Shown: positions 16,785 to 35,682 of the stretch, piece by piece
Layout: every line of letters starts with the position of its first letter
Numbering within the stretch: the first letter of the stretch is position 1
NCBI GenBank assembly: GCA_963665325.3
Contig: OZ224045.1
Location: 960,001 to 1,024,000 of the forward strand
DNA: 64,000 nt
Direction: 5' to 3'
Source: Alphaproteobacteria bacterium
GTDB lineage: Bacteria; Pseudomonadota; Alphaproteobacteria; Bin95
Made by a program: the position numbers and the translations under genes
The notes under the pieces: generated by a model
Told to the model about the DNA's origin: nothing
The model's input: only the letters and a program-made list of their open reading frames with translations
The model's database searches: none

Positions 16785-17930
16785 ATGGGCGCGCTCGACG
16801 GGGTCAGGATCGTGGAATTCGCCGGCATCGGGCCGGGTCCGTTTTGCAGCATGCTGCTTGCGGATATGGGCGCGGACGTGCTGCGCGTGGACCGGGCTGC
16901 GAATGTCGGCAAGGAAGCCGAGCACCCCAAATTCAACACGCTGCTCCGGGGCCGCAAGAACGTCGCCATCGACCTCAAGCATGCGGAAGGGCGGGAAACG
17001 GCGCTCAGGCTCTGCGACAGCGCGGACGCCATCGTGGAAGGCTTCCGGCCCGGCGTCCTGGAACGGCTCGGCCTCGCGCCCGACACGCTGCTCGAGCGCA
17101 ATCCGAGACTGGTGGTCGGACGCATGACCGGCTGGGGCCAGACCGGCCCCATCGCGCACACGGCCGGGCACGACATCAACTACATCTCGCTCTCGGGCGC
17201 GCTCTATTCCATCGGCGAGGAAGGCGGGCCGCCGGTGCCGCCGCTCAACCTGGTCGGCGATTTCGGCGGCGGCGCGCTCTACATGGCAGTGGGCATGCTG
17301 GCCGGCATCATCGGCGCGCGCGCCACCGGCCGGGGCCAGGTGGTGGACTGCTCGATGGTCGAGGGCTCGGCCTCGCTGATGACCCCCATGTACGGGGCGC
17401 TGGCCGCCGGCTCCTGGGTCGAGGAGCGGGGAAAGAACCGCCTCGACAAGGGCGCACACTATTACAACGTCTATGAGACCGCCGACGGCAAGCATGTCTC
17501 TGTCGGCTCAATCGAGCCGCAATTCTACGCCCTCCTTCTGAAGCATACCGGGCTCACCGACGTCGACCTGCCGGATCAGCTCGACCGGCCCCGCTGGCCC
17601 GAAACGCGCGAGCGCCTGCGCGAGATTTTCAAGACCAAGACCCGTGACGAATGGACCGCGATCATGGAGCAGACCGATATCTGCTTCGGCCCGGTGCTCT
17701 CCATGTCCGAGGCCATGGAACATCATCACAATGTCTCGCGGGGCAGCTTCATCGACGTGGACGGCGTGCGCCAGCCGGGGCCGGCCCCGGTGTTCGAGGG
17801 CACGCCGAGCGGGGTGTCGAGAGGCTCGGCCCATGCGGGCGAGCATACCGACGAGGCGCTTGGAGAATGGGGCTTTGCGGCTGCGGAGATCGCGCGCCTC
17901 AACGCCGTCGGGGCTGTGAAGCAGCGCTAG
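16785..17930 (+). CDS. CaiB/BaiF family, alpha-methylacyl-CoA racemase-like
   Basis: AGIGPGPF, EGFRPGVLERLGL, AGHDINY, NLVGDFGGG. Confidence 0.9.
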   Translation: MGALDGVRIVEFAGIGPGPFCSMLLADMGADVLRVDRAANVGKEAEHPKFNTLLRGRKNVAIDLKHAEGRETALRLCDSADAIVEGFRPGVLERLGLAPDTLLERNPRLVVGRMTGWGQTGPIAHTAGHDINYISLSGALYSIGEEGGPPVPPLNLVGDFGGGALYMAVGMLAGIIGARATGRGQVVDCSMVEGSASLMTPMYGALAAGSWVEERGKNRLDKGAHYYNVYETADGKHVSVGSIEPQFYALLLKHTGLTDVDLPDQLDRPRWPETRERLREIFKTKTRDEWTAIMEQTDICFGPVLSMSEAMEHHHNVSRGSFIDVDGVRQPGPAPVFEGTPSGVSRGSAHAGEHTDEALGEWGFAAAEIARLNAVGAVKQR

Positions 17931-17949
17931 CGCGGCCCCGTCCAGCCTC

Positions 17950-20112
17950 ATGATGCCCGCGCCGGCGCCGGTCCGCACCGATATCCTGCTGGTCGGCGGC
18001 GGACACGCCCATGTCGAGGTGCTGCGCCGCTTCGGCATGGCCCCGGTCCCCGGTGTGAGGCTGACCCTGGCGACACGCGACCTCGCCACGCCCTATTCCG
18101 GGATGCTGCCGGGCTTGGTGGCCGGCCACTACAGCCATGACGAGGCGCATGTCGATCTGGCGCCGCTGGCTGTATTCGCCGGCGCCAGGCTCATTCACGG
18201 GGCTGTGACGGGCCTCGACCTCGACCGGAACGAGGCGCTGATCGACGGCCGGCCTCCGCTGGCCTTCGACATCGTGTCGCTGGACATCGGTTCGACGCCT
18301 TCCGCAGCGGGCATCCGGGGTGCGGAGCACGCCCTGCCGGTCAAGCCCGTGGACCGGTTCCTCGAACGCTGGGCGGAGTTGGAAGAACGGGCGGCCGGGG
18401 CCGGGGGCGCTTTCCGCCTTGTCACCGTGGGCGCAGGCGCAGGCGGCGTCGAGCTCACGATGGCGCTGCAACGCAGGCTGGCTGAGCACGGCATGGCAGC
18501 GGACAGGCTGCAATTCACCGTCGTCTCGGATATGGACGAGGTCCTGCCTGCGTACGGCTATGCGGCGCGCCGGCAGGTAGCGGCCGCGCTTCGCCGTTCC
18601 GGGATCGGGCAGCGGACGGGTGTGCGGGTGGCGGCGGTCGAGCCGGATGGCGCGGTCATGGAAACGGGCGAGACGCTGGCGGCCGACGCGGTCGTCCTGG
18701 CCACGCCCGCGGCGCCGGCCGGCTGGGTCGCGGCATCGGGGCTTGCGGCGGACGAAAGGGGCTTCGTCGAGGTCGGCGCAGACTTGCGCTCCCGCAGCCA
18801 CGAGCAGGTGTTCGCTGCGGGCGACATCGCTGCGTTCGGCGCGCGCGCCCTGCCGAAGTCCGGGGTGTTCGCAGTCCGCCAGGGTCCGGTCCTCGCCGAG
18901 AACCTGCGCCGGCTGGCGGCTGGTGGCGGGCCCTTGCTCCACTACCGGCCGCAGAAACGGACGCTGGCCCTGGTTTCGACCGGGCGCGGCCAGGCCGTTG
19001 CGTCCTGGGGGCCGTTCGCTGCCGCAGGCGGCTGGGCGTGGCGCTGGAAGGACCGTATCGACCGGCGCTGGATGGACCGCTACCGCGACCTACCGGCAAT
19101 GGGCGAGGCGGAAGAGATGCGCTGCGGCGGCTGCGGCGCGAAGCTCGCGGCGGTTCTGCTGGAGCGCGTTCTGGCAAGACTGGAAGTGAAGGCGCACGCG
19201 GATGTTGTCGTAGGTCTGGGCGACGATGCGGCGGTGATCCGCCCGCCGCCCGGCCGGGTGGCCGTACGCACCGCGGACCAGTTCCGCGCGTTCATCGACG
19301 ACCCCTACCTCTTCGGGCGAATTGCTGCGAACCACGCACTCGGCGACCTCTATGCAATGGGCGCCGAGCCCCAGACTGCGCTCGCGCTGGCGACCTTGCC
19401 GCTCGCGCCCGAGGAGAAACTGGAGCGGGACCTCGAAAGCCTGATGCGCGGTGCGTTGGAGGTGTTGAATGCGGCCGGCTGCGCACTGGTCGGCGGCCAT
19501 ACTGCGGAGGGAGCGGAGCTATCGCTCGGGTTCGCGCTGGACGGCCACGGGCAGGCGGAACTGCTGACCGGGAAGGGCGGACTGCAAGAAGGCGACCGGC
19601 TCGTGCTCGTCAAGCCGCTCGGAACCGGCGCGATCCTGGCTGCGCATATGGCCGGACTCTGCCGCGGCGATTGGTTGGAAGCGGCGCTCGCCGCGATGCA
19701 GCAGTCGAATTGCGAGGCAGGCGAGGTGTTGCGCGCACATGGCGCCGTCGCCGTCACCGACGTGACCGGATTCGGCCTTGCCGGCCATCTGGCGGAGATG
19801 CTGCGCGCCTCCGACCGGGCGGCGGTCCTGGCGCCCGGGGATGTGCCGGTCCTGCCGGGCGCCCGCGAGCTGATCGCCCGTGGCGTGCGCAGCACGCTCC
19901 ATCCGGCCAATGAGGCAGCGGCCGAGGCGTTCGATCCCGAAGCCTGCCCGGTGCTCTTCGACCCGCAAACGGCCGGCGGGCTGCTCGCGGGCGTGCCGGG
20001 CGACCGGACGGACGCCTGCCTCGCCGCGCTGGCCGCCGCCGGCTATGCGCAGGCGGCGGTCGTCGGCGAGGTGACTTCCGGCCCGCCTGGCGAGCTCACG
20101 CTCGGGAGTTAG
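17950..20112 (+). CDS. selD: Selenide,water dikinase SelD fused to an N-terminal FAD-dependent pyridine nucleotide-disulfide oxidoreductase domain
   Basis: N-term GGGHAH, YSGMLPG, GAGAGGVE, FAAGD. C-term MRCGGCGAK, GDDAAV, FGRIAANHALGDLYAMG, GGHT, DVTGFGLAGH, DPQTAGGLL. Confidence 0.92.
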   Translation: MMPAPAPVRTDILLVGGGHAHVEVLRRFGMAPVPGVRLTLATRDLATPYSGMLPGLVAGHYSHDEAHVDLAPLAVFAGARLIHGAVTGLDLDRNEALIDGRPPLAFDIVSLDIGSTPSAAGIRGAEHALPVKPVDRFLERWAELEERAAGAGGAFRLVTVGAGAGGVELTMALQRRLAEHGMAADRLQFTVVSDMDEVLPAYGYAARRQVAAALRRSGIGQRTGVRVAAVEPDGAVMETGETLAADAVVLATPAAPAGWVAASGLAADERGFVEVGADLRSRSHEQVFAAGDIAAFGARALPKSGVFAVRQGPVLAENLRRLAAGGGPLLHYRPQKRTLALVSTGRGQAVASWGPFAAAGGWAWRWKDRIDRRWMDRYRDLPAMGEAEEMRCGGCGAKLAAVLLERVLARLEVKAHADVVVGLGDDAAVIRPPPGRVAVRTADQFRAFIDDPYLFGRIAANHALGDLYAMGAEPQTALALATLPLAPEEKLERDLESLMRGALEVLNAAGCALVGGHTAEGAELSLGFALDGHGQAELLTGKGGLQEGDRLVLVKPLGTGAILAAHMAGLCRGDWLEAALAAMQQSNCEAGEVLRAHGAVAVTDVTGFGLAGHLAEMLRASDRAAVLAPGDVPVLPGARELIARGVRSTLHPANEAAAEAFDPEACPVLFDPQTAGGLLAGVPGDRTDACLAALAAAGYAQAAVVGEVTSGPPGELTLGS

Positions 20113-20744
20113 CGCCCGGGTTGCGGGACGACGCGCAGATAGGGCTTCTGCTCGTCCCAGCCGTCGGGGAACAGCTCCTTCGCCTGCTCGTTGGTGAGCG
20201 CCGGCAGGATTATCACAGCGTCGCCCTGCTGCCAGTTCACCGGAGTCGCCACCTTGTGCTTGGCGGTAAGCTGGAGCGAATCCAGCGTGCGCAGGATCTC
20301 GTCGAAGTTCCGACCCGTGGAAGGCGGATAGGTGATCGTCGCCTTCACCTTCCTGTCCGGTCCGATGAAGAACACGGACCGCACCGTCACGGTCTCGGCG
20401 GCATTGGGGTGGATCATGTCATAGAGCGTGGACACGTTCCGGTCGTGATCGGCGACGATCGGGAAATTGACCGCCTGGCCCTGGGTCTCCTCGATGTCGC
20501 TCGCCCATTCCCGGTGGCTGCCGAGCGGATCGACCGAGAGGCCCATAATGCGGCAATTCCGCTTCTCGAACTCGCCCTTCAGGCGCGCCGCCGCGGCCAG
20601 CTCGGTCGTGCAGACGGGGGTGAAGTCGGCGGGATGAGAGAACAGGATGCCCCAGCCGTCCCCGAGATAGTCGTGGAAGGAGACTTCGCCGTCGGTGGTT
20701 TCCGCCGTGAAGTCCGGGGCATCGTCGCCAAGACGCAGAGACAT
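20109..20744 (-). CDS. 1-Cys peroxiredoxin (Prx6)
   Basis: FSHPADFTPVCTTE, TVRSVF, GRNFDEILR, VATPVNW. Confidence 0.94.
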   Translation of the reverse strand: MSLRLGDDAPDFTAETTDGEVSFHDYLGDGWGILFSHPADFTPVCTTELAAAARLKGEFEKRNCRIMGLSVDPLGSHREWASDIEETQGQAVNFPIVADHDRNVSTLYDMIHPNAAETVTVRSVFFIGPDRKVKATITYPPSTGRNFDEILRTLDSLQLTAKHKVATPVNWQQGDAVIILPALTNEQAKELFPDGWDEQKPYLRVVPQPGR

Positions 20745-20815
20745 GGTGTTTCCCGTTTCGATTGTGGTTGGCCCAGCATTGCCGCGGCAGCGCTCCTGCA
20801 CCGTTTGCGAAGGTT

Positions 20816-21592
20816 TCAGGACACGTTGGCGGCTGCGCCGGACATGTAAGTCTGCCGATGCGCTTCGTAAAGAGCGATGCTTGCCGCAACGGCGACATTG
20901 AGGCTGTCTGCGCCGCTGCTCATGGGTATTGCAGCTTCGAAATCGCAGGCGCGCCGGACGAGGCGGCGGATGCCGGCGCCCTCGGCACCCAGGACGAGGC
21001 CGATCCGTCCTGTGAGGTCGAGGTGTCCGAGCGGCAGGTCCGCCTTCCCGTCCAGCGCAGCAAACCAGTATCCCGCTGCCTTGAGGCGCTCGAGCGTGCG
21101 GGCGAGATTGACGACGCGGGCCAGCGGCACGCGCTCCAGCGACCCTGCCGCGGCCTTGGCCAGCGCAGCGGTTTCCGCCGGCGCGCCCACGGCCGGCAGG
21201 ATGACGGCGCGTGCGCCGAAGGCCTCGGCCGAGCGGAGCACCGCGCCGACATTGCGCGGATCGCTGACCCGGTCGAGCAGCAGCAGGCGGGCCGGGCCCG
21301 GCGGCTCGGCGATGACCTCGAGGTCGGGCGGGGAGAGCGGGTCGCAGTGCAACGCGATGCCCTGATGGACGGCGCCGGTGCCGAAACGCCTGTCCAGCAG
21401 CCGGCGCTCGACGGTTTCCACGGGAATGCCGCGCCGGCGGGCGGCGGCCGCCGCCTCTCCGTCTTCGGTCTGGAAGAGCCGGTGGACGGTGCGGGTGCGA
21501 TTGGCAAGAGCCGCTGCCACAGCATGACGGCCATGAAGCCAGAGCTCACCGGCAACCGGCGGCCTGCCGCTATTTTGCTTCCGATTGGGCAT
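20816..21592 (-). CDS. rlmB: 23S rRNA Gm2251 2'-O-methyltransferase (TrmH/SpoU family)
   Basis: HQGI, DPRNVGAVLRSA, LGAEGAG, SLNVAVA. Usual location divergent from tRNA-Tyr. Alternative start at 21598. Confidence 0.88.
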   Translation of the reverse strand: MPNRKQNSGRPPVAGELWLHGRHAVAAALANRTRTVHRLFQTEDGEAAAAARRRGIPVETVERRLLDRRFGTGAVHQGIALHCDPLSPPDLEVIAEPPGPARLLLLDRVSDPRNVGAVLRSAEAFGARAVILPAVGAPAETAALAKAAAGSLERVPLARVVNLARTLERLKAAGYWFAALDGKADLPLGHLDLTGRIGLVLGAEGAGIRRLVRRACDFEAAIPMSSGADSLNVAVAASIALYEAHRQTYMSGAAANVS

Positions 21593-21644
21593 TGACATTG
21601 CCGCATGAGCATATCATTTTCGCCCGCCGTTTCGGGCACGGAAC

Positions 21645-21729
21645 GGAGGGGTGCCCGAGTGGCTAAAGGGGACGGGCTGTAAACCCGTTGGCATTGCCTA
21701 CGTTGGTTCGAATCCAACCCCCTCCACCA
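21645..21729 (+). tRNA. tRNA-Tyr(GTA)
   Basis: GGAGGGGTGCCCGAGTGG...CT-GTA-AA... with long variable arm, TTCGAATCC, CCA. Confidence 0.97.
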
Positions 21730-21811
21730 TTCGGACGGTCCGGACCACGGTCGAACGGCGGGGTATGAGCGCAGCGCAGGACTGCACGGACGAAGCTAAG
21801 GCGGCGCGCCT

Positions 21812-21885
21812 GCGGGTGTAGCTCAATGGTAGAGCCCCAGCCTTCCAAGCTGGTGGTGCGGGTTCGATCCCCGTCACCCGCTCCA
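21812..21885 (+). tRNA. tRNA-Gly(TCC)
   Basis: GCGGGTGTAGCTCAATGGTAGAGCCCCAGCCT-TCC-AAGCTGG...CCCGCTCCA. Confidence 0.97.
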
Positions 21886-21949
21886 GCTTCGGCCGGGACG
21901 AACGGAACCGACTAGAAACCACCAAGTATCGCAGCGAGACGAGATTTCG

Positions 21950-23140
21950 ATGGGCAAGGCTCGGTTTGAGCGGACGAAGCCGCACTGCAACATAGGCACG
22001 ATCGGCCATGTTGATCATGGCAAGACGACGCTTACGGCAGCGATCACGAAGATCCTTGCGGAGGCTGGCGGGGCAGAGTTCACGGCCTACGACCAGATTG
22101 ACAAGGCGCCTGAGGAGAAGGCGCGGGGGATCACGATTTCGACGGCGCATGTTGAGTATGAGACGGGTGCGCGTCACTATGCGCATGTGGATTGCCCGGG
22201 TCATGCGGACTATGTGAAGAACATGATCACGGGCGCTGCGCAGATGGACGGCGCGGTCCTGGTGGTGAGCGCAGCGGACGGCCCGATGCCGCAGACGCGC
22301 GAGCACATACTTCTGGCGCGCCAGGTTGGCGTTCCGGCCTTGGTTGTTTACCTGAACAAGGTCGATCAGGTTGATGACGAGGAGCTTCTGGAGCTTGTGG
22401 AGCTTGAGGTTCGGGAGCTTTTGTCGAGCTACGACTTCCCTGGCGACGACATTCCTGTGGTCAAGGGCTCGGCTTTGGCGGCGCTGGAGGACGGGGACGC
22501 GACGCAGGGTCGCCAGTCGGTTCTGGATCTGATGGAAGCGGTTGACGATTATGTTCCGCAGCCGGACCGCCCGAAGGACCGCCCGTTTCTGATGCCGATC
22601 GAGGATGTGTTTTCGATTTCGGGTCGCGGTACGGTTGTGACGGGCCGTGTCGAGCAGGGGATCGTGAAGGTCGGCGACGATGTTGAGATAGTGGGGCTGA
22701 AGGAGACTTCGAAGACGGTCTGCACGGGCGTCGAGATGTTCCGGAAGCTTCTGGACCAGGGGGAGGCTGGCGACAATGTTGGGGTTCTGCTTCGCGGCAC
22801 GAAGCGCGACGAGGTAGAGCGGGGCCAGGTATTGGCGCGTCCGGGCTCGATCCGCCCGCACACGAAGTTCCAGTGCGAGTGCTATGTTCTGACGAAGGAC
22901 GAGGGCGGTCGTCACACGCCGTTTTTCTCGAACTACCGTCCGCAGTTTTACTTCCGCACGACGGATGTGACGGGGACGGTTGAGTTGCCGGAGGGTGTGG
23001 AGATGGTTCTTCCCGGTGACAACATCTCGATGGGAGTGAACCTTATCGCGCCGATAGCGATGGACGAGGGCCTACGATTTGCGATCCGCGAGGGCGGGCG
23101 CACTGTCGGCGCCGGCGTCGTCGCTTCGATCGACGACTGA
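21950..23140 (+). CDS. tuf: Elongation factor Tu (copy 1)
   Basis: [34 protein letters not shown]. Confidence 0.99.
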   Translation: MGKARFERTKPHCNIGTIGHVDHGKTTLTAAITKILAEAGGAEFTAYDQIDKAPEEKARGITISTAHVEYETGARHYAHVDCPGHADYVKNMITGAAQMDGAVLVVSAADGPMPQTREHILLARQVGVPALVVYLNKVDQVDDEELLELVELEVRELLSSYDFPGDDIPVVKGSALAALEDGDATQGRQSVLDLMEAVDDYVPQPDRPKDRPFLMPIEDVFSISGRGTVVTGRVEQGIVKVGDDVEIVGLKETSKTVCTGVEMFRKLLDQGEAGDNVGVLLRGTKRDEVERGQVLARPGSIRPHTKFQCECYVLTKDEGGRHTPFFSNYRPQFYFRTTDVTGTVELPEGVEMVLPGDNISMGVNLIAPIAMDEGLRFAIREGGRTVGAGVVASIDD

Positions 23141-23205
23141 GGCGTTGGCGCCTCGAATGACGACCGAACGCCACGGAGGGCCGAAAGAAAGCCATGAATC
23201 TCAGT

Positions 23206-23281
23206 AGGAGCATAGCTCAATTGGTAGAGCACCGGTCTCCAAAACCGGGGGTTGCGGGTTCGAGTCCTGCTGCTCCTGCCA
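23206..23281 (+). tRNA. tRNA-Trp(CCA)
   Basis: AGGAGCATAGCTCAATTGGTAGAGCACCGGTCT-CCA-AAACCGG...CTCCTGCCA. Confidence 0.97.
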
Positions 23282-23293
23282 TCTGAGGCGGCC

Positions 23294-23491
23294 ATGGCGC
23301 GAACCAGCCCCGGCGCTTTCATCCGCCAGGTCCGCCAGGAGGCGGCCAAGGTCACCTGGCCGAGCCGCAAGGAAACCGGCGTCTCCACGGCCATGGTGTT
23401 CGTCATGGTGACGCTGGCGGCGTTGTTCTTCTTCGTCGTGGACCAGGCTCTGGCTTGGATCGTGCGCGTCGTTCTCGGGCTCGGGGGTTAG
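23294..23491 (+). CDS. secE: Preprotein translocase SecE
   Basis: FIRQVRQEAAKVTWPSRKE plus one TM helix; synteny. Confidence 0.95.
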   Translation: MARTSPGAFIRQVRQEAAKVTWPSRKETGVSTAMVFVMVTLAALFFFVVDQALAWIVRVVLGLGG

Positions 23492-23495
23492 CGCC

Positions 23496-24071
23496 GTGAC
23501 TGCGCGCTGGTACGTCATCCATGTCCACTCGGGCTCCGAGCAGAAAGTCGCTACGGCGATCCGCGAACAGGCGGACCGGCAGGGCGTGGGCACGCTGATC
23601 GAGGAAATCAGCGTGCCGATGGAAAAGGTCGCCGAGATACGGCGCGGAAGGCGCATGACCGGGGAGCGCAAATTCTTTCCCGGCTATGTGCTGATCAAGA
23701 TGGAAACGCAGCAAAACCCCGATCTGCCGGAGCGCGGCGGCAGCCGTCCGGACGACCGTGTCTGGCACCTGGTCAAGAACACGCCGAAGGTCACAGGTTT
23801 TCTCGGCGGCGGCGGCAACCGGCCGATCCCGATCTCCGAATCCGAAGCCAACCGCATTCTCTACCAGGTGACCGAAGGGGTCGAACGGCCGCGTCCGTCG
23901 GTGCTCTACGATATCGGCGAGCAGGTCCGGGTTTCGGATGGCCCGTTCACCTCCTTCACCGGCGTGGTGGAAGACGTCGATGAGGAACGCGCGCGGCTCA
24001 AGGTTTCGGTGTCGATTTTCGGGCGTGCGACGCCCGTCGATCTCGAATATTCGCAGGTGGAAAAAACCTGA
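23496..24071 (+). CDS. nusG: Transcription termination/antitermination factor NusG
   Basis: WYVIHVHSGSE, FFPGYVL, KOW GPFTSFTG, IFGRATPVDL. Confidence 0.97.
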   Translation: MTARWYVIHVHSGSEQKVATAIREQADRQGVGTLIEEISVPMEKVAEIRRGRRMTGERKFFPGYVLIKMETQQNPDLPERGGSRPDDRVWHLVKNTPKVTGFLGGGGNRPIPISESEANRILYQVTEGVERPRPSVLYDIGEQVRVSDGPFTSFTGVVEDVDEERARLKVSVSIFGRATPVDLEYSQVEKT

Positions 24072-24093
24072 CCGCACGCAGCAACGAGGAACA

Positions 24094-24123
24094 GGCGGGA
24101 GGCCGACCCCGGCCGTGACCGCC
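24094..24123 (+). promoter_or_regulatory. Putative L1-binding rplK leader
   Basis: GGCGG-GA-GGCCG-ACCC-CGGCC-GTGA-CCGCC hairpin with asymmetric internal loop, just upstream of rplK. Confidence 0.6.
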
Positions 24124-24158
24124 GGCGGCCGCAGCGCCGCCTTATCTGGGGAGCCGAA

Positions 24159-24590
24159 ATGGCAAAGAAAATCAGCGGCTACATCAAGCTGCAGGTTCCG
24201 GCGGGCCAGGCCACGCCGCAGCCGCCCATCGGTCCGGTGCTGGGACAGCGCGGACTGAACATCATGGAGTTCTGCAAGGCGTTCAACGCCGCAACGCAGG
24301 CCCAGGAGCAGGGGGTGCCGATTCCGACGGTCATCACCGTCTATGCCGACAAGTCCTTCAGCTTCTCGATGAAGACGCCGCCGGCAAGCTTCCTCTTGCG
24401 GCGCGCGGCAGGTCTGGACAAGGGAAGCCAGACGCCGGGCCGGGAAACCGCAGGCCAGGTCACGCGGGCGCAGCTGCGGGAGATCGCAGAGACGAAGATG
24501 GAGGACCTGAACGCCAACGACGTCGAGGCTGCGGTCGTCATGCTCGCGGGATCGGCCCGGTCCATGGGCCTCGAAGTGACGGAGGGCTGA
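24159..24590 (+). CDS. rplK: 50S ribosomal protein L11
   Basis: [26 protein letters not shown]. Confidence 0.98.
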   Translation: MAKKISGYIKLQVPAGQATPQPPIGPVLGQRGLNIMEFCKAFNAATQAQEQGVPIPTVITVYADKSFSFSMKTPPASFLLRRAAGLDKGSQTPGRETAGQVTRAQLREIAETKMEDLNANDVEAAVVMLAGSARSMGLEVTEG

Positions 24591-24594
24591 GGCG

Positions 24595-25299
24595 ATGGCG
24601 AGCCGCAAGGGCAAGCGGATGCGGGCCGGCTGGGACGGCGTCGACCGCGTCGTCGAGCACGACCTTACCGAAGCGGTGCGTCTGGTCCGGGATCGGGCCC
24701 GCGCCAAATTCGACGAAACGGTCGATATCGCGATCAATCTCGGTGTCGATCCGCGCCATGCGGACCAGATGGTGCGCGGGGTTTGCGATCTGCCGCACGG
24801 TACCGGCAAGCCGGTGCGGGTGGCGGTGTTTGCGCGCGGCGCGAAGGCCGACGAGGCCCGCGAGGCGGGTGCCGATGTGGTGGGCGCGGAAGACCTCGCC
24901 GAAACGATAGGCGGCGGCGAGATCGCGTTCGACCGCGCTATCGCCACGCCGGACACCATGCCGGTCGTGGGCCGGCTCGGTCGCATTCTGGGCCCCCGCG
25001 GCCTGATGCCGAACCCGCGGCTCGGCACCGTGACGATGGATGTCGGGGAAGCGGTCCGCGCCGCCAAGGGCGGACAGGTGCAGTTCCGGGTCGAGCGGGC
25101 CGGAATCGTGCATGCCGGCATCGGCAAAGCGAGCTTCGAGCAGGAGGCGCTGGAAGGCAACGCCCGCGCTTTCTTCGATGCCATTGTGCGCGCCAAGCCG
25201 TCCGGCGCCAAGGGAACCTATATCAGGCGCGTCACGCTCAGCTCCACAATGGGGCCCGGCGTGCGCGTGGATGCAAGCGCTCTCGGCGGAGCGGGCTGA
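24595..25299 (+). CDS. rplA: 50S ribosomal protein L1
   Basis: [23 protein letters not shown]. Confidence 0.98.
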   Translation: MASRKGKRMRAGWDGVDRVVEHDLTEAVRLVRDRARAKFDETVDIAINLGVDPRHADQMVRGVCDLPHGTGKPVRVAVFARGAKADEAREAGADVVGAEDLAETIGGGEIAFDRAIATPDTMPVVGRLGRILGPRGLMPNPRLGTVTMDVGEAVRAAKGGQVQFRVERAGIVHAGIGKASFEQEALEGNARAFFDAIVRAKPSGAKGTYIRRVTLSSTMGPGVRVDASALGGAG

Positions 25300-25325
25300 G
25301 CCGCCCGGTCCGCCGAAAGAATGCC

Positions 25326-25397
25326 TGTCCGAGACCGTCGGCGTCCGCGCCTGCTTGCAGGTCGGACTTAAAGCGCAAGCGCCGGCGCTAGACGGGA
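25326..25397 (+). promoter_or_regulatory. Putative L10 leader
   Basis: CCGAGACCG...TTAAA...TAGACGG pattern in the rplA-rplJ spacer. Boundaries approximate. Confidence 0.55.
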
Positions 25398-25503
25398 GGA
25401 AGACGCCGGGCGACCGGCGTCCGCTTCCGGGACAGGGTCCGATACAGCCCGTGAGGGCGGTCAACACGAACCGGGGCGCAAGCCCCACCCAGGAGAGGAC
25501 CCC

Positions 25504-26013
25504 TTGCTGAAGAAGCAGAAAGAGGAATTGGTTCGGAACATGACCGAGAGCTTCGGCAACGCCGAACTCATGGTCGTCACCCGACATTCCGGACTCACGG
25601 TGGCCGAGATGACCGACCTGCGCAGGCGCATGCGTGCGGCGGGGGTGAATTTTCGGGTCACCAAGAACCGGCTGGTAAAGCGCGCGCTGGAAAAGACCTC
25701 CTTCGCCGATATCCAGCCCCTGTTCTCAGGTCCGACGGCAGTGGCCTTCTCGGCCGATCCGGTGGCGGCGGCCAAGGTGGCCGTCGACTATGCCGGCGAG
25801 AACGGCAAGCTCTCCGTGTTGGGCGGCATGCTCGGCGCCGAGACGCTGGACCAAGCGGGGGTGGATGCGCTCGCGAAACTTCCGTCGCTCGATGAGTTGC
25901 GCGGAAAGATCGTGGGACTGTTGCAGGCGCCGGGAAGCAAGATTGCGCGCCTGCTCGGGGAGCCCGGCGCGCAGCTTGCGCGCGTCTTCTCCGCCCACGG
26001 CGATTCGGGCTGA
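25504..26013 (+). CDS. rplJ: 50S ribosomal protein L10
   Basis: GLTVAEMTDLR, KNRL, LPSLDELRGK. TTG start after AGGAGAGG. Confidence 0.96.
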   Translation: MLKKQKEELVRNMTESFGNAELMVVTRHSGLTVAEMTDLRRRMRAAGVNFRVTKNRLVKRALEKTSFADIQPLFSGPTAVAFSADPVAAAKVAVDYAGENGKLSVLGGMLGAETLDQAGVDALAKLPSLDELRGKIVGLLQAPGSKIARLLGEPGAQLARVFSAHGDSG

Positions 26014-26071
26014 CCGCCCGCAGCCGGCCGACCAAAGCACGAACCGGAAAGCGAACCAGGAGTAACAACAG

Positions 26072-26446
26072 ATGGCCGATCTACAGAAGCTCGTAGACGA
26101 ACTCTCCGAACTGACCGTCATCCAGGCGGCGGAACTGTCGAAAATGCTCGAAGAGAAGTGGGGCGTATCCGCCGCCGCACCGGTCGCAGTGGCCGCGGCG
26201 CCGAACGGCGAAGCCGCTGCCGCCGTCGAGGAGCAGACCGAATTCGATGTCATCCTGGCATCCTTCGGCGAAAAGAAGATCAATGTGATCAAGGAAATCC
26301 GGGCCATTACCGGCCTCGGCCTGAAGGAGGCCAAGGACCTGGTCGAGTCCGCGCCGAAATCCGTCAAGGAAGGCGTGAGCAAGGATGAGGGCGAGGAGTT
26401 GAAGGCGAAACTCGAAGGCGCCGGCGCGACGGTAGAATTGAAGTAG
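26072..26446 (+). CDS. rplL: 50S ribosomal protein L7/L12
   Basis: [30 protein letters not shown]. Confidence 0.98.
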   Translation: MADLQKLVDELSELTVIQAAELSKMLEEKWGVSAAAPVAVAAAPNGEAAAAVEEQTEFDVILASFGEKKINVIKEIRAITGLGLKEAKDLVESAPKSVKEGVSKDEGEELKAKLEGAGATVELK

Positions 26447-26630
26447 CCGGATTGACCGGCCGAATGGACGCCGGCCCGGGTTCCGGGCCGGACATGACGA
26501 GCAGGCGCGGCTGCGGGCCCGGAAGACGGGCGCGCGGCTTCGCTGCCGTTTGCCATTTTCGTGCCGCAACCCAGTTTAACAATGGTCTTGTCGCCGGCTG
26601 ACCGTCGGCGCGGAACAGGGTGGATCGGAC

Positions 26631-30779
<4,149 letters not shown>

Positions 30780-30822
30780 CGGCGTCTGCGCTGTCGCCCC
30801 CAACCCGCTCTGGAGTCACCGC

Positions 30823-34998
<4,176 letters not shown>

Positions 34999-35044
34999 CG
35001 CAGGGCGGACAATGCGAAAACCGGCGGGCGAGGGCTTTCGACGC

Positions 35045-35073
35045 TTGACGCCCGCCGGCCGCATCGGTAAAAG
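35045..35073 (+). promoter_or_regulatory. Putative sigma70 promoter for the str operon
   Basis: TTGACG-N17-TAAAAG upstream of rpsL. Confidence 0.4.
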
Positions 35074-35295
35074 CCGGCAGCCTTATTCGGGGAGGCGGCG
35101 GTAAACCTGTCATTGCGGCTGGTTTAGACGCGTCTCCGAGCCGGTCTGGGGCCGAGCGGAGTTCGATTATCCGGACACTGGGACGCTCAGGCGAGCCCGC
35201 GCAGGATGTGCGGGGCGGCGTCTGGTGTTCTTGTCCGGTCCCGCGGGTCCGGGGCGGCTGTTTCCCGGCCGGGGCAGGATGTGCAAGGAGGCGGG

Positions 35296-35667
35296 ATGCC
35301 GACGATCAATCAGTTGATCCGCAAGTCGCGGACCGCGCCAAAGGCGCGCAACAAGGTGCCGGCGCTGGAGGCATGCCCCCAGAAGCGCGGCGTCTGTACG
35401 CGCGTCTACACGACCACGCCGAAGAAGCCGAACTCGGCGCTGCGCAAGGTGGCCCGCGTGAGGTTGACCAACGGATTCGAAGTGACGAGCTACATTCCCG
35501 GCGTCGGCCACAATCTCCAGGAGCATTCGGTGGTGCTGATCCGGGGCGGGCGGGTGAAGGACCTGCCCGGCGTGCGCTACCACATCATCCGCGGCACGCT
35601 GGATACGCAGGGTGTCGCGGACCGCCGCCAGCGCCGGTCGAAATACGGCGCCAAGCGTCCGCGGTAA
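35296..35667 (+). CDS. rpsL: 30S ribosomal protein S12
   Basis: [30 protein letters not shown]. Confidence 0.99.
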   Translation: MPTINQLIRKSRTAPKARNKVPALEACPQKRGVCTRVYTTTPKKPNSALRKVARVRLTNGFEVTSYIPGVGHNLQEHSVVLIRGGRVKDLPGVRYHIIRGTLDTQGVADRRQRRSKYGAKRPR

Positions 35668-35682
35668 GGGGAGCCGGAAGCC

